Shown here piece after piece: positions 40,254 to 49,616 of a stretch of DNA of 64,000 nt (the stretch's first letter is position 1; each line of letters opens with the position of its first letter). Position numbers and translations under genes: made by a program. The DNA lies in the IMG/VR virus record IMGVR_UViG_3300036715_004471, positions 310,001-374,000 of that record; one strand, 5' to 3'. The notes beneath the pieces were generated by a model. The model saw only the letters and a program-made list of their open reading frames with translations, was not told the DNA's origin and did no database searches.

Positions 40254-40521
40254 CAAATGTCCAAATTCTTCTATTAATTTTTTCATTGTTTTAAAAATCA
40301 GGTTTTGGAATAAAGCCCGCCTCTAATGCAAAATATTGAAACCAATCATTTTGATATTGATCCCATTTAAAGCACAAATTACCATTTTCATCAAGACCCC
40401 AAATCCATGTTCCATCATTTTTGGGATTTGTTGAAGTTATCCTTATTTTTACATCTAGCTCATGAACTTTATTGTAAAAATAAGGATCAGAAAATTCTTT
40501 TATAATATTTTTATACTTCAA
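40239..40521 (-). pseudogene. hypothetical protein with +1 frameshift before a C-terminal F-x motif
   Basis: Frame 0 ends GAT TTT TAA. Removing one T of the T5 run (40293-40297) gives PDFKTMKKLIEEFGHLLVFI*. Confidence 0.55.
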
Positions 40522-40525
40522 CTAA

Positions 40526-40849
40526 TTATACATTAAAACTACTACCGCAACCACAGGTGGATGTAACATTGGGATTCAGAAATTTGAATCCAGCTCCAAT
40601 AGGGGTTTCCACATAATCAATTGTCACGCCATCAATGTATTGATGGGACAGTGCGTCCGTGACAATCTTAACGCCGTCTTGTTCCTCTACTTCATCCATA
40701 TCTAAAATGTTATCTTCAAAATATAGATCATAGGAAAATCCGGCGCAACCGCCCCCAATCACTCTAACTCTTAAGACAAGATTATCAAAACCTTCTCCTT
40801 CGGCAAGCTCTTTAACTTTTTCAACAGCTTTTTTAGTTAACGCAATCAT
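40526..40849 (-). CDS. second HesB/IscA/ErpA Fe-S carrier
   Basis: GGGCAGFSY...NPNVTSTCGCGSSF. Confidence 0.92.
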   Translation of the reverse strand: MIALTKKAVEKVKELAEGEGFDNLVLRVRVIGGGCAGFSYDLYFEDNILDMDEVEEQDGVKIVTDALSHQYIDGVTIDYVETPIGAGFKFLNPNVTSTCGCGSSFNV

Positions 40850-40861
40850 AATTAAGCCTCA

Positions 40862-42253
40862 TTAAATAAATGTAGATAGTTTCAATAATCTTTCGCAGTG
40901 ATTTTTAACAAATGCGGGGACTTTACAAGTATCTCCCCAATCTACAATGTTATTCGCAACTAAATAATATGATTTATTCTTTTTATCCCTATGAATACAG
41001 ATAAAAGTACGAACTGGTTCCAACTCAACTGCTTTATAAACAACAATAGTGTATTTGATCCCACTAATAGATTCTACTTCAAACCGATCGAGATCCGAAC
41101 GGTTGTTGATGACAAAATCCAGATATGCACGAATATCTTTTAGATATCTAATATCATCACTTGTCATATACACCCTTTTTCCTCCAAAGGTGAGCTTTTT
41201 CCAATTTAGAAGAGCTCATCTCTAGGATGCTTTGGTGTACTGTTTTGAAATCTTCAAAATCAAATTCAGCATCAAACTTAAAAGAGAAAATCTGTTTCTC
41301 TTTCATAAATACTTTCTTGATAACTACAAAAGTGGCGTTGGGATATTCAAACGCCATTTTAATTGCCGCCTTGATCGCATTTTCTCTTCTTCTAAAGAAA
41401 TTAAAATGATCCCCTTTGGGATTTCTAATAAAATATTCAGGAACAGCGATTGTTGTGTATAGTTTTTTCATACGACTTTAGGAAAATACAATGTATAGTT
41501 TAATGCGGGGACATTGTTTCAACACATCAGAATATTTAGTAATTACATCAAGAAAAGACATTTTCAAATTATGAGATAATGATTCAAATACCCTTTCAAC
41601 AATTTTGGGAGAATAATCTCTTATCAAAGTATGAAAAAAATCATTAGAAAACAAAGTTGCATCTTTATCCAAGAAATCTAAAAATTTACTTAAAGCAGAT
41701 AAAGAGAATTCGTAATTATCTATATTCACTAATAAATATCTACAAGTTCTAGTATGAATATGATTGAATTTGCTTTCAAAAGTTAAACTGATAAACAAAT
41801 CTAAATCATCAATATTTTCATGTGAAAGTTCGGGATCTGTTACAAATTGGGCTACAGCAACATAGTATTCGTCTATATTAGAAATAGAAAAGGCGCGAAG
41901 ATGTGTTTGATGCCTTTGATGAGTACTAGTTGGTTGAAACATTATTTTACACTTACAAAGCCAGAAGTTAAATCTTCTACTAATCTTTTTGCAAATTGCT
42001 TTTTGGTTCTGTATGAACCAAGAATATCAATCACGTTTTCTTGTAAAAAATCTACATGTTCTGAAGTTAATTGATCTGAAACATCTTTTGGTAAACCGCC
42101 ATAATCAGGATAATCAAAACTTCTATCCTTCATCATTTGACTTTTATTTTTCCAAAGTGCATCAACAAGCAACTCAAGCCATGGCACAATTTTTAATTTG
42201 ATTGACATAAACATCCTAGTTGGGAGAGATGGTACTGAAACCATTTCACCCAA
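40862..42253 (-). CDS. four hypothetical proteins (40862-41173, 41157-41471, 41478-41942, 41942-42253)
   Basis: Two carry the C-terminal motif (RLLKLSTFI, RIKLYIVFS). Confidence 0.6.
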
Positions 42254-42257
42254 TATA

Positions 42258-43919
42258 TCAAGCTCTCAAATCGAACGCCCTACCAAATGGTGGTTTGAAG
42301 GCACTACCACTGGTAATCAACCAGATAACATCTTTGCCTGGATGTTTCATTTGTGCCACATCCGAATCAAGCAAAAAGCCATCTGTAATAACAATTAAGA
42401 AATCGCATGTTCCGATATTCTTTTCATAATCATCAAAGAACTCAGCGTACTTTGTTCCTCCACGACCATAAATCTTAACTTTAGAGATTTCATCTGCTCC
42501 GGCTTTTTTAACCTTCGTTGCTTTGTCCCAATAGATTTCCGCATCGGCAGGAACAATTGTTCCTTCTGAGCGTTCATCCAAGGCACAAAGCTGTGAAAGA
42601 CCGAATGCCATATCATCTTTACTCATAGAGCCGCTGGTATCCAGCAAACAACCAAAATGCGCAAAGTAATTCTTTCTCTTAGGTGTCAAAACCCCGGTAA
42701 ACATTGGTCGACTTCTAAATCTAGTCCAATCATTTCTACCATTACCAGCACGTGCCTTCAACAAACGCGTTCTGATAATATCTTGCCAAGTTACTTTAGG
42801 AGCAGTCAGTTTGCCAAGTTCATCTTCCAAAGCTGCTGGAACATGACCCGCCATCTTCTTAGCTGCTTCCATAGCGTCTGAGATTCTTTTAGCAAGTTTC
42901 TCTTGACTTTCTTCGGTATCCATATGGTCATCAACTGTCCCACCTAGATCGAAAATATCTACGCCACCGCCGCAACTATCACAGCATCCTTGACCTTGTT
43001 GATCTTGGTCGCCATGATCATCTCCACAATTACAAGGTTGTCCATCACCATGGTCATGTTGACCTTGCTGATCTTTTCCTTGATCCTTGCCTTCTTGTTT
43101 GTCTTTGCCCTTTTCTCCGTCTTTATCCTTTTCTTTACCCTTGCCATCTTTGTTTTTGTTAGGAATCTTATAGATACCAACACTACCACATTTAGGGCAT
43201 TTTGGAAGTAAGTTATAAAGAAAATCATAGATTCTCTCTGGGCTTTTCATCTCTTCTTCCAAATCAGGATCAGCATAGTAAAAAAGAACTTTTCTTTCTT
43301 TCTTTTCTAGCTCTTTTTGTTCTTCCGCGGTCAACTCTCTATCTTCATTGGGAGCTGGTAATTTCACTGAGCTTCCCGCCGAAGCGGCATCAGCCACAGG
43401 ATCAATTTCTTCAAATCCTTTTACTTTAGCAAATGGATTTTTTAGAAGTTCAGCATATTGAGCCAGTGTCATAAACTTGCCCAAATGCTTATTAAAGGTT
43501 TCAGTAGGATTCATCTTCCTAACTTTGAAATCTTCCATTACCGTACCATTGACGATATAGTCTACCGCAATATTCCACAACTTAGGAAGTCTAGACCCTC
43601 TACGTTGTGGATGCATATACAAAGCGTGCCAAGCTTCGTGAGCACAAATAATGCGCAAACCAATCTTTGACTGCTTTAGAACGAACTTTGGATTCCAATA
43701 ATATCTTTTACCGTCAGTTGCGGCGGTTGGGATATTCAGGGTGCAGATATGTTCTACTGGATACATTAATCCAAAGATTAGCGGATCTCCACCCATTCCA
43801 GTTCCAACGTGCTCGTTGTTATATCTGGTACCCAATTCTAAGAATATTCTTGATAGTTTATCCTCGGCTTGGGCAACCAGCTTATCATTTACTTGTCCAA
43901 TTATTTTAGCAAATTTCAT
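42258..43919 (-). CDS. DUF2201-type metallopeptidase + VWA domain protein
   Basis: TAATDG, HEAWH, WNIAVDY; charged/Cys-rich linker; DTSGSM MIDAS, GRGGT, ITDG. Confidence 0.88.
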   Translation of the reverse strand: MKFAKIIGQVNDKLVAQAEDKLSRIFLELGTRYNNEHVGTGMGGDPLIFGLMYPVEHICTLNIPTAATDGKRYYWNPKFVLKQSKIGLRIICAHEAWHALYMHPQRRGSRLPKLWNIAVDYIVNGTVMEDFKVRKMNPTETFNKHLGKFMTLAQYAELLKNPFAKVKGFEEIDPVADAASAGSSVKLPAPNEDRELTAEEQKELEKKERKVLFYYADPDLEEEMKSPERIYDFLYNLLPKCPKCGSVGIYKIPNKNKDGKGKEKDKDGEKGKDKQEGKDQGKDQQGQHDHGDGQPCNCGDDHGDQDQQGQGCCDSCGGGVDIFDLGGTVDDHMDTEESQEKLAKRISDAMEAAKKMAGHVPAALEDELGKLTAPKVTWQDIIRTRLLKARAGNGRNDWTRFRSRPMFTGVLTPKRKNYFAHFGCLLDTSGSMSKDDMAFGLSQLCALDERSEGTIVPADAEIYWDKATKVKKAGADEISKVKIYGRGGTKYAEFFDDYEKNIGTCDFLIVITDGFLLDSDVAQMKHPGKDVIWLITSGSAFKPPFGRAFDLRA

Positions 43920-43957
43920 GCAATCTCCATGTAATTATATATCCCGGAGAATTAGAA

Positions 43958-45106
43958 TCAGCCTTCATCAACTTGTTTGTTGATCTTGCTAAGAACTTGC
44001 TCCCAATCAGGATGCTCATCCAAGTTAAACTTGATGATACGGTCTACCTGAATCTGGCTTCTTACAGCCACCAAAACGTTCTCATATGACACCTTGCTCA
44101 AAAACTGACCAACGTGTTTCACGCTATCAGGAATTGAACCATCTTTAGATTGATCTAACTGAGTTGCTAGTCTAGCACAAGTGATCATACACGCAACCAA
44201 TCTCTTGGTTAATTCCAACGAATTGTATCTATTGATGATATCCTTGCCCTGATAAATATCCTCAATCATTGGAAGAAGTTGCTGATAATGCTCGTAGTAA
44301 TTGCTGTATTTAATACCAGCATCTTTGCCTACGCAACCACAAACTTTCTTGTTTAGAAGGGCAGGCGACCAGCCTCTTTCTTCACCTTTGTTCAAGATTT
44401 CAGAAGCACGGTGCCAGCCACGAGGCGAAGGATCGGCATATCTGTCCTCTGGATCAACAGCTCCGAACAAATCTTTCGGATGATCATTGATATACGCCGT
44501 AATTGAGGGATGAATGTGACCAGATTTACCAGCCCACTCTAACCAAGAAGCCGCATCAGCTTCTACTAGATATTTTTCCGCTCTATCCAATAGAGGAAGA
44601 CTCGGGCGAGCACCGCCTTCGGAAATCAAGTTACCAGTCATGATAATGCCTTGCAGGTTTGGCAAAGATTGACCGTTGATAGACCTAAACTGAGTAAACT
44701 CAAGTAGTGGTGCCCACAAGCTTGGATCAGCCTTATCAACTTCATCCAATAGTGCTACTACGCCTTTCTTCCCTGAAAGCATTGGCTCATAGAACTTAGG
44801 AAGAAGGAAATCAACGAATCTCTTTCTTTTTTCATCATCGGCAACGGCAGAGCGACCCATAATATCTGGATAACCACCCATGTCAACTCTCTCTAGAACT
44901 GACAAATTGATATACACCTCATGCATATCAGCCTTTTTGATTTCTTGCTTAGAAATCTCGGTTTTTCCGGTACCTCTGCGACCGAAAATAGCAATGTTGC
45001 CGCCAATTTGAATTGAGGCTGCAACATGTTCAGACAAGTCTTTTGTTTGAAGTCTTTCTAGATTGAAATCAGAAGAAGACATCTGCGGTTGTGCATTGTT
45101 AGCCAT
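43958..45106 (-). CDS. MoxR-like AAA+ ATPase (paralog 1)
   Basis: GRRGTGKT, LLDEVDKA, TGNL, LLDR, SPRGW; adjacent to the VWA gene. Confidence 0.88.
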   Translation of the reverse strand: MANNAQPQMSSSDFNLERLQTKDLSEHVAASIQIGGNIAIFGRRGTGKTEISKQEIKKADMHEVYINLSVLERVDMGGYPDIMGRSAVADDEKRKRFVDFLLPKFYEPMLSGKKGVVALLDEVDKADPSLWAPLLEFTQFRSINGQSLPNLQGIIMTGNLISEGGARPSLPLLDRAEKYLVEADAASWLEWAGKSGHIHPSITAYINDHPKDLFGAVDPEDRYADPSPRGWHRASEILNKGEERGWSPALLNKKVCGCVGKDAGIKYSNYYEHYQQLLPMIEDIYQGKDIINRYNSLELTKRLVACMITCARLATQLDQSKDGSIPDSVKHVGQFLSKVSYENVLVAVRSQIQVDRIIKFNLDEHPDWEQVLSKINKQVDEG

Positions 45107-45134
45107 TTTTTACTTTCTCCAAATATACGGACCT

Positions 45135-45163
45135 AAGATAAGGCACGCCCTAACTTAAGTCAA
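45135..45163 (-). promoter_or_regulatory. sigma70-like promoter upstream of the AAA/VWA operon
   Basis: TTGACT-17 nt-TATCTT. Confidence 0.55.
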
Positions 45164-45174
45164 GTTATCACTCA

Positions 45175-45482
45175 TTAATTTTTAATCTCATCAGGGTCTT
45201 CCTCAAAAATCAATTCATTATCTTTGTATTTTTGAAGAATATCTTGATGAATTTTCCAAATATCTCTACCAAAAGACAATGCCCCGGCTGTCCACCGTAT
45301 TCTAAGAATTAGGGATTCGGGACATTCCACTTTTTTAATTCCTCACTTAGCCATAGTCCAGCATAACAAACCTCTCGTATGATGGGAGAGACAGATACTT
45401 GTGGATAAAGCTGATTATCTTGTTCAAGAATTTTAGACCAACGTTCTATATCTTCGTTAGCGATCGACTCCGGTCTCGACAT
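45175..45482 (-). pseudogene. hypothetical protein split by a -1 frameshift at A_AAA_AAG
   Basis: MSRPES...EELKK, then the -1 frame continues VECPESLILRIRWTAGALSFGRDIW...DEIKN* and fills the gap to 45175. Confidence 0.6.
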
Positions 45483-46674
45483 GGGCATCCTCAATAATTA
45501 TTCGGCAGAATTTCTTCTTGCCTTTTCTTACAATTAATTCGTCATCATTACTGAGACGACTAATATGTAAGGTGGGATCAGTAATTGTAATATCATTAAT
45601 CGAAATACCTCGACCATTAATAAGATTTCTTGCATCAGATTTTGACTTAGCAAAATTACATCTTACTAACAAATCAAGTATTGAAAGATTATCTTGAATT
45701 GAGATTGCCTCAATATCAATTCCCTCTTTCTTCTCAAACAAGGCTTCTGCCTGCCTGAGTGTCGTCACCGCTTCCAATTCACCATGAACCATTTTAGTTA
45801 ATTCAAAAGCCAATCTCTTTTTGGCAGAATTGATTTCATCAATAGTAGAAAATGGAATATTATCAATTTCCTCTACTGAGAGTAGGGTTAATAGTTTGAA
45901 ACAATTCATAACTTCACTATCTGGTAAGTTTCTCCAGAATTGAAAGAAGTCAAAAACTGAAGTCAGATTTTTATCTAACCAAACGGCTCCCTTTTCAGTT
46001 TTACCCATTTTCTGACCGGCAGAATTAGTTAACAATGTTATTGTTAATCCAAACGCTTCTTGTTCAGATTTCTTATGAATTAGATCAATTCCTGCCAAAA
46101 TATTAGACCATTGATCATCTCCACCAATCTGAAGCACACAATTATGCCGCCTATTTAACTCGAAGAAGTCAAATGCTTGCATCAACATGTAGTTGAACTC
46201 AAGAAATGATAATCCATTTTCCATACGAGACTTGAAACAATCAGCTCTTAACATGTTGTTAACAGAAAAATGTCTACCAATCTCTGAAATGAATTGCAAG
46301 AAATTTATATCTCGAAACCAGCCAATATTGTTAATAATACTGACATCGCCAATAATATTGTGAATTTGTTTGGCAATTTCTGTTGAATTAGACATAGTTT
46401 GACCTAAATCTAATGCTTGTCTCATAGAGCTTTTGCCACTAGGATCGCCAATACTAGCCGTAGCTCCACCAACTAACATAATTGGATTATGTCCAACATT
46501 TTTAAGACGTAGGGCGGTAACAATTTGTAGCAAATGTCCTACATGCAAACTTTGTGCTGTAGGATCAAATCCAATGTAAAAACTGATCTTCTCATTATCT
46601 AAAAGATGTTTAATCTTATTATGATTTGTTGATTGTTTAATCAATCCCCTCTGAATCAGTTCCTCGAATATCAT
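45457..46674 (-). CDS. tyrS: tyrosyl-tRNA synthetase
   Basis: YIGFDPTAQSLHVGH, GDPSGK, YMLMQAFDF, QIGGDDQWSNI, KMGKT, S4 domain. Confidence 0.96.
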   Translation of the reverse strand: MIFEELIQRGLIKQSTNHNKIKHLLDNEKISFYIGFDPTAQSLHVGHLLQIVTALRLKNVGHNPIMLVGGATASIGDPSGKSSMRQALDLGQTMSNSTEIAKQIHNIIGDVSIINNIGWFRDINFLQFISEIGRHFSVNNMLRADCFKSRMENGLSFLEFNYMLMQAFDFFELNRRHNCVLQIGGDDQWSNILAGIDLIHKKSEQEAFGLTITLLTNSAGQKMGKTEKGAVWLDKNLTSVFDFFQFWRNLPDSEVMNCFKLLTLLSVEEIDNIPFSTIDEINSAKKRLAFELTKMVHGELEAVTTLRQAEALFEKKEGIDIEAISIQDNLSILDLLVRCNFAKSKSDARNLINGRGISINDITITDPTLHISRLSNDDELIVRKGKKKFCRIIIEDAHVETGVDR

Positions 46675-46963
46675 TGTCTTTTTCACTTTCAGTGTTTGCA
46701 ATTTCTGCTAGTACATCACCATGACAAGATAATGGATGACACCAACATCCTAATATTTTACCTTTTAATTCATTCTTAGCCGCTTCAAGCAACCAAGGCG
46801 TATTCATGATGTAATTACGATAGTATTCAATAGCTTCTTCTCTCGAATCTACTTTATAGATCGCAAGTGTGCCTGGTAGATGGGAGAAGGGATTGCCAAA
46901 TTTCGAAGGTCTACCTATGTAAATATCATATTTGTCTTTTTTACAATGCACAACTTTACACAT
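46637..46963 (-). CDS. DUF4326 protein
   Basis: YIGRPSKFGNPF...LGCWCHPLSCHGDVL. Confidence 0.85.
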   Translation of the reverse strand: MCKVVHCKKDKYDIYIGRPSKFGNPFSHLPGTLAIYKVDSREEAIEYYRNYIMNTPWLLEAAKNELKGKILGCWCHPLSCHGDVLAEIANTESEKDNDIRGTDSEGID

Positions 46964-46964
46964 G

Positions 46965-47586
46965 TTAATCCCAACTCACATGCAATTGATCCATATAATG
47001 AAAGCAACCTTCTGCGCGTAATGCTTCATATGAAAAACCATCTTTAGATAATTCTTCAATTGCAAGTTTTGCCTGCTCAAGTGTCCAACCGTTTGGTTTA
47101 AGATTAACCACTAATTTTGTTTTACCATTATTAGCATCAACTTGCGCTCGGTCTTTTACTAATTTTATTATCTCTTGACTAGCAGCTTGATTTTGAGATA
47201 ATTTTACTTCAGCTGCTTTAATTCTTAATTGTTCTGCCAAATTCATAAATCACCAACATTCACAAGGTATAACTTTATATTTATTCAGTTTATAACCAAC
47301 TAATCTTGATTACTTTTTCTTGATCATAATCTGTATTTGAATACCAGGCAGTAATCTCTTCATCAAAATTTACTTTGAAACCATCTTTGCGCAAACGATC
47401 AGCAACATGATTCCAAATGGAATTAGAAACATTAAACTTACTCAAATATAATGTTTGGCTATATTTTCCATACTTAGCAGTAGTAGTTACTTCAGTCTCA
47501 ATAAGGCGCAATATTTCTTGAATTTTTGGATCTTCTGCGTCTTTGTTAATTTTATCGGCAATGATTTTTAGATTATTTGCTTGCAT
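46965..47586 (-). CDS. two paralogous small proteins (46965-47246, 47290-47586)
   Basis: Both have A..L...A, L.KDGF and end in [IV]SW-x. Confidence 0.6.
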
Positions 47587-47595
47587 AAATCACCA

Positions 47596-47626
47596 AATAA
47601 AAAACCCACATATATTATGTGGGTTT
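47596..47626 (-). terminator. intrinsic terminator after the tRNA cluster
   Basis: AAACCCACAT/ATGTGGGTTT hairpin with a U-tract on the minus strand. Confidence 0.75.
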
Positions 47627-47630
47627 GTCT

Positions 47631-47704
47631 TGGCGCCCCTGTTAGGAATTGAGCCCAACCAACAAGCTTCGTAGACTCGTGCCGTGAGCCACACGGACAG
47701 GGGC
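47631..47704 (-). tRNA. tRNA-Arg(ACG), atypical D-arm and T-loop
   Basis: GCCCCTG/CAGGGGC, CGAGT-CTACGAA-GCTTG, CCA; 5-bp D-stem CCGTG/CACGG, T-loop CTCAATT. Confidence 0.75.
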
Positions 47705-47715
47705 ATATTAAATTG

Positions 47716-47803
47716 TGGTCTCTCCGGCAAGATTCGAACTTGCATATGGGAAATTAATCCCGTTGGTTCGTAGCCAACTGCCTATCCTTTAGACTACGGA
47801 GAG
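47716..47803 (-). tRNA. tRNA-Arg(ACG) with a long variable arm
   Basis: CTCTCCG/CGGAGAG, GTTGG-CTACGAA-CCAAC, V-arm GGGA-TTAATT-TCCC-ATAT, TTCGAAT, ACCA. Confidence 0.85.
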
Positions 47804-47809
47804 ATAAAT

Positions 47810-47935
47810 TCATTTGCTTAATAAAATGCATGAAGCTGTCATAATGCCCCAAACTAATACAAAAACAAATAGTCTTATTGCACTACCAACCGATTTAATT
47901 GCGTCTGATAGTTCTTTAACGTGACGGTCTTCCAT
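47810..47935 (-). CDS. 41-aa single-TM peptide inside the tRNA cluster
   Basis: GAGGA RBS; MEDRHVKELSDAIKSVGSAIRLFVFVLVWGIMTASCILLSK. Confidence 0.55.
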   Translation of the reverse strand: MEDRHVKELSDAIKSVGSAIRLFVFVLVWGIMTASCILLSK

Positions 47936-47945
47936 ATATCCTCAC

Positions 47946-48017
47946 TGGTACCCCTACAAGGACTCGAACCCTGACGCTAAGCTTAGAAGGCTCAACTGTG
48001 CATCCCGCACTAGGGGC
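47946..48017 (-). tRNA. tRNA-Arg(UCU), atypical D-arm
   Basis: GCCCCTA/TAGGGGT, TGAGC-CTTCTAA-GCTTA, TTCGAGT, ACCA. Confidence 0.78.
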
Positions 48018-48069
48018 ATAAAAGAAACATACTTCACTCAACAGGTCCCGCCCGTTAATAATACATTTC

Positions 48070-48144
48070 TGGTGATCCCAGACGGTTACGATCCGTCTTT
48101 CTTTGGTTGAGAACCAAATATCCTAGCCAGTAGATGATGGGACC
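48070..48144 (-). tRNA. tRNA-Glu(CUC)
   Basis: GGTCCCA/TGGGATC, TTTGG-TTCTCAA-CCAAA, T-loop ATCGTAA, ACCA. Confidence 0.85.
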
Positions 48145-48229
48145 ATGAAAATCTATAACAAGATATATCAATATTGATATATTATATTAGAACGCTTATC
48201 AATAGTAATGCGAAACATAAGGGTACAAA

Positions 48230-48913
48230 ATGAAATTAGAACAAAAAATACAGGCACAGAAACTAAGAAAACAAGGAATATCTATAAACGACATAGCAAA
48301 ACAACTAAATGTTTCAAAAAGTAGCGTCAGCACATGGGTCAAAGATATTATTTTGACATCCGAACAAATAAAAGAATTAGAAAAACAAAATCCAATTTAT
48401 AATAAACAGTTACATGGTTCACAAGTTAAAGCTAATAATGCTAGAAAACAAAGATTGCAATATCAAAATGAAGGTATGCTCAAAGCTAAAGAGGGTAATT
48501 TGCTACACCAAGCAGGATGTATGCTATATTGGGCAGAGGGTGCCAAAAGCAAAAACCAATGTAAATTTGTAAATTCTGATATCGAAATGTTAAAACTATT
48601 TATGAGTTTTTTAAGAAAAATACTTAACATTTCAAATGATAAAATCACATTTACAATAAATTGTTATACTACAAATGGATTAACTAAATCAGATATAGAA
48701 AATTTCTGGTTCAACATATTAGATTTGAATTCTTCTAATTTAAGAAAAGGACAAGAAAATAATAAACCACGTTCGTCAACAAATCAGATTAGACACAATA
48801 AATTAATATATGGTATTGTTTCTATATCTGTAAATTCTACACAATTAGTCCAACATATTTATGGAGCAATCCAAGAATATGCGAACTTCTCTAATAACTA
48901 TATGCTAAAATGA
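48230..48913 (+). CDS. HTH + LAGLIDADG-like putative homing endonuclease
   Basis: SINDIAKQLNVSKSSVSTWV; AGCMLYWAEGAK, FVNSD..M...F..FL; inserted antisense in the tRNA cluster. Confidence 0.7.
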   Translation: MKLEQKIQAQKLRKQGISINDIAKQLNVSKSSVSTWVKDIILTSEQIKELEKQNPIYNKQLHGSQVKANNARKQRLQYQNEGMLKAKEGNLLHQAGCMLYWAEGAKSKNQCKFVNSDIEMLKLFMSFLRKILNISNDKITFTINCYTTNGLTKSDIENFWFNILDLNSSNLRKGQENNKPRSSTNQIRHNKLIYGIVSISVNSTQLVQHIYGAIQEYANFSNNYMLK

Positions 48914-48916
48914 TTT

Positions 48917-49339
48917 TTACCAATCTTTATTATCAAACCTAATTCTTATTGCTTCGGCTTTACGCTCAGTAGGGGTAGCCTCCCATTTTACACTTTGAAC
49001 GGCACCCACCGCATCATTTGTATCAGTATCCTGAATTTTGACACTAGAAGTTGGTACAATCGCACCACGACTTTCAGAAGTTACTTTTATATTCTTGTCA
49101 AAAGATTTTGAAACACAAAGCTCCGTATAATCTGAATTGTATTCCAATAAATCCACTTTAACAGGAGAAATTATCTCGACAGGAACATTAAAAAATTCAA
49201 CTGTTGTTTTTGTAACAGACAAATCTTTACAATCAGCTTCCCAAGTTAATTTAGCAATACCATGGATCATCTGTCCAGTATCTTCATCAATTAACTTAGT
49301 TCCTGCATTTGTTCCATCTGATATAAGTTTCAATTTCAT
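48917..49339 (-). CDS. hypothetical protein (two internal repeats)
   Basis: Start MKLKLISDG (track extension lies in a tRNA); repeats KLIDEDTGQMIHGIAKLTWEA / KIQDTDTNDAVGAVQSVKWEA. Confidence 0.65.
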   Translation of the reverse strand: MKLKLISDGTNAGTKLIDEDTGQMIHGIAKLTWEADCKDLSVTKTTVEFFNVPVEIISPVKVDLLEYNSDYTELCVSKSFDKNIKVTSESRGAIVPTSSVKIQDTDTNDAVGAVQSVKWEATPTERKAEAIRIRFDNKDW

Positions 49340-49340
49340 C

Positions 49341-49414
49341 TGGCACCCCGTAACGGTTACGATCCGATGTTCAAGCATTGAAAGCGCTTTGTCCTACCAT
49401 TAGACGAACGGGGC
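49341..49414 (-). tRNA. tRNA-Glu(UUC)
   Basis: GCCCCGT/ACGGGGT, AAGCG-CTTTCAA-TGCTT, T-loop ATCGTAA, GCCA. Confidence 0.85.
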
Positions 49415-49423
49415 GTATATTTT

Positions 49424-49500
49424 TGGTGATCCCGGTGGGGGTCGATCCCAACACCTCTCGGTTGAAAGCCGAGCATTCAGAGCCGCTAAACTACGGGACC
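49424..49500 (-). tRNA. tRNA-Glu(UUC)
   Basis: GGTCCCG/CGGGATC, CTCGG-CTTTCAA-CCGAG, ACCA. Confidence 0.82.
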
Positions 49501-49616
49501 AAGACAACAAAACTTATATTTATCAAACGATTCCATTGTTCATGGTCTGCTTTAATAAAGCACGACTCTTACGAGCGATAAGTCACCCTTCCAATAAATT
49601 GGACGTTGCGATGGGT

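Noticed and set aside
42990-43160. Repetitive K/D/G/Q-rich DNA
   Set aside because: Low-complexity linker of the DUF2201/VWA protein.
45457-46674. Phage TyrRS as the orthogonal synthetase for the amber tRNA
   Set aside because: The tRNA has U1-A72, G73 and a short V-loop, lacking bacterial Tyr identity elements, and lies 35 kb away. Unsupported, though untested.
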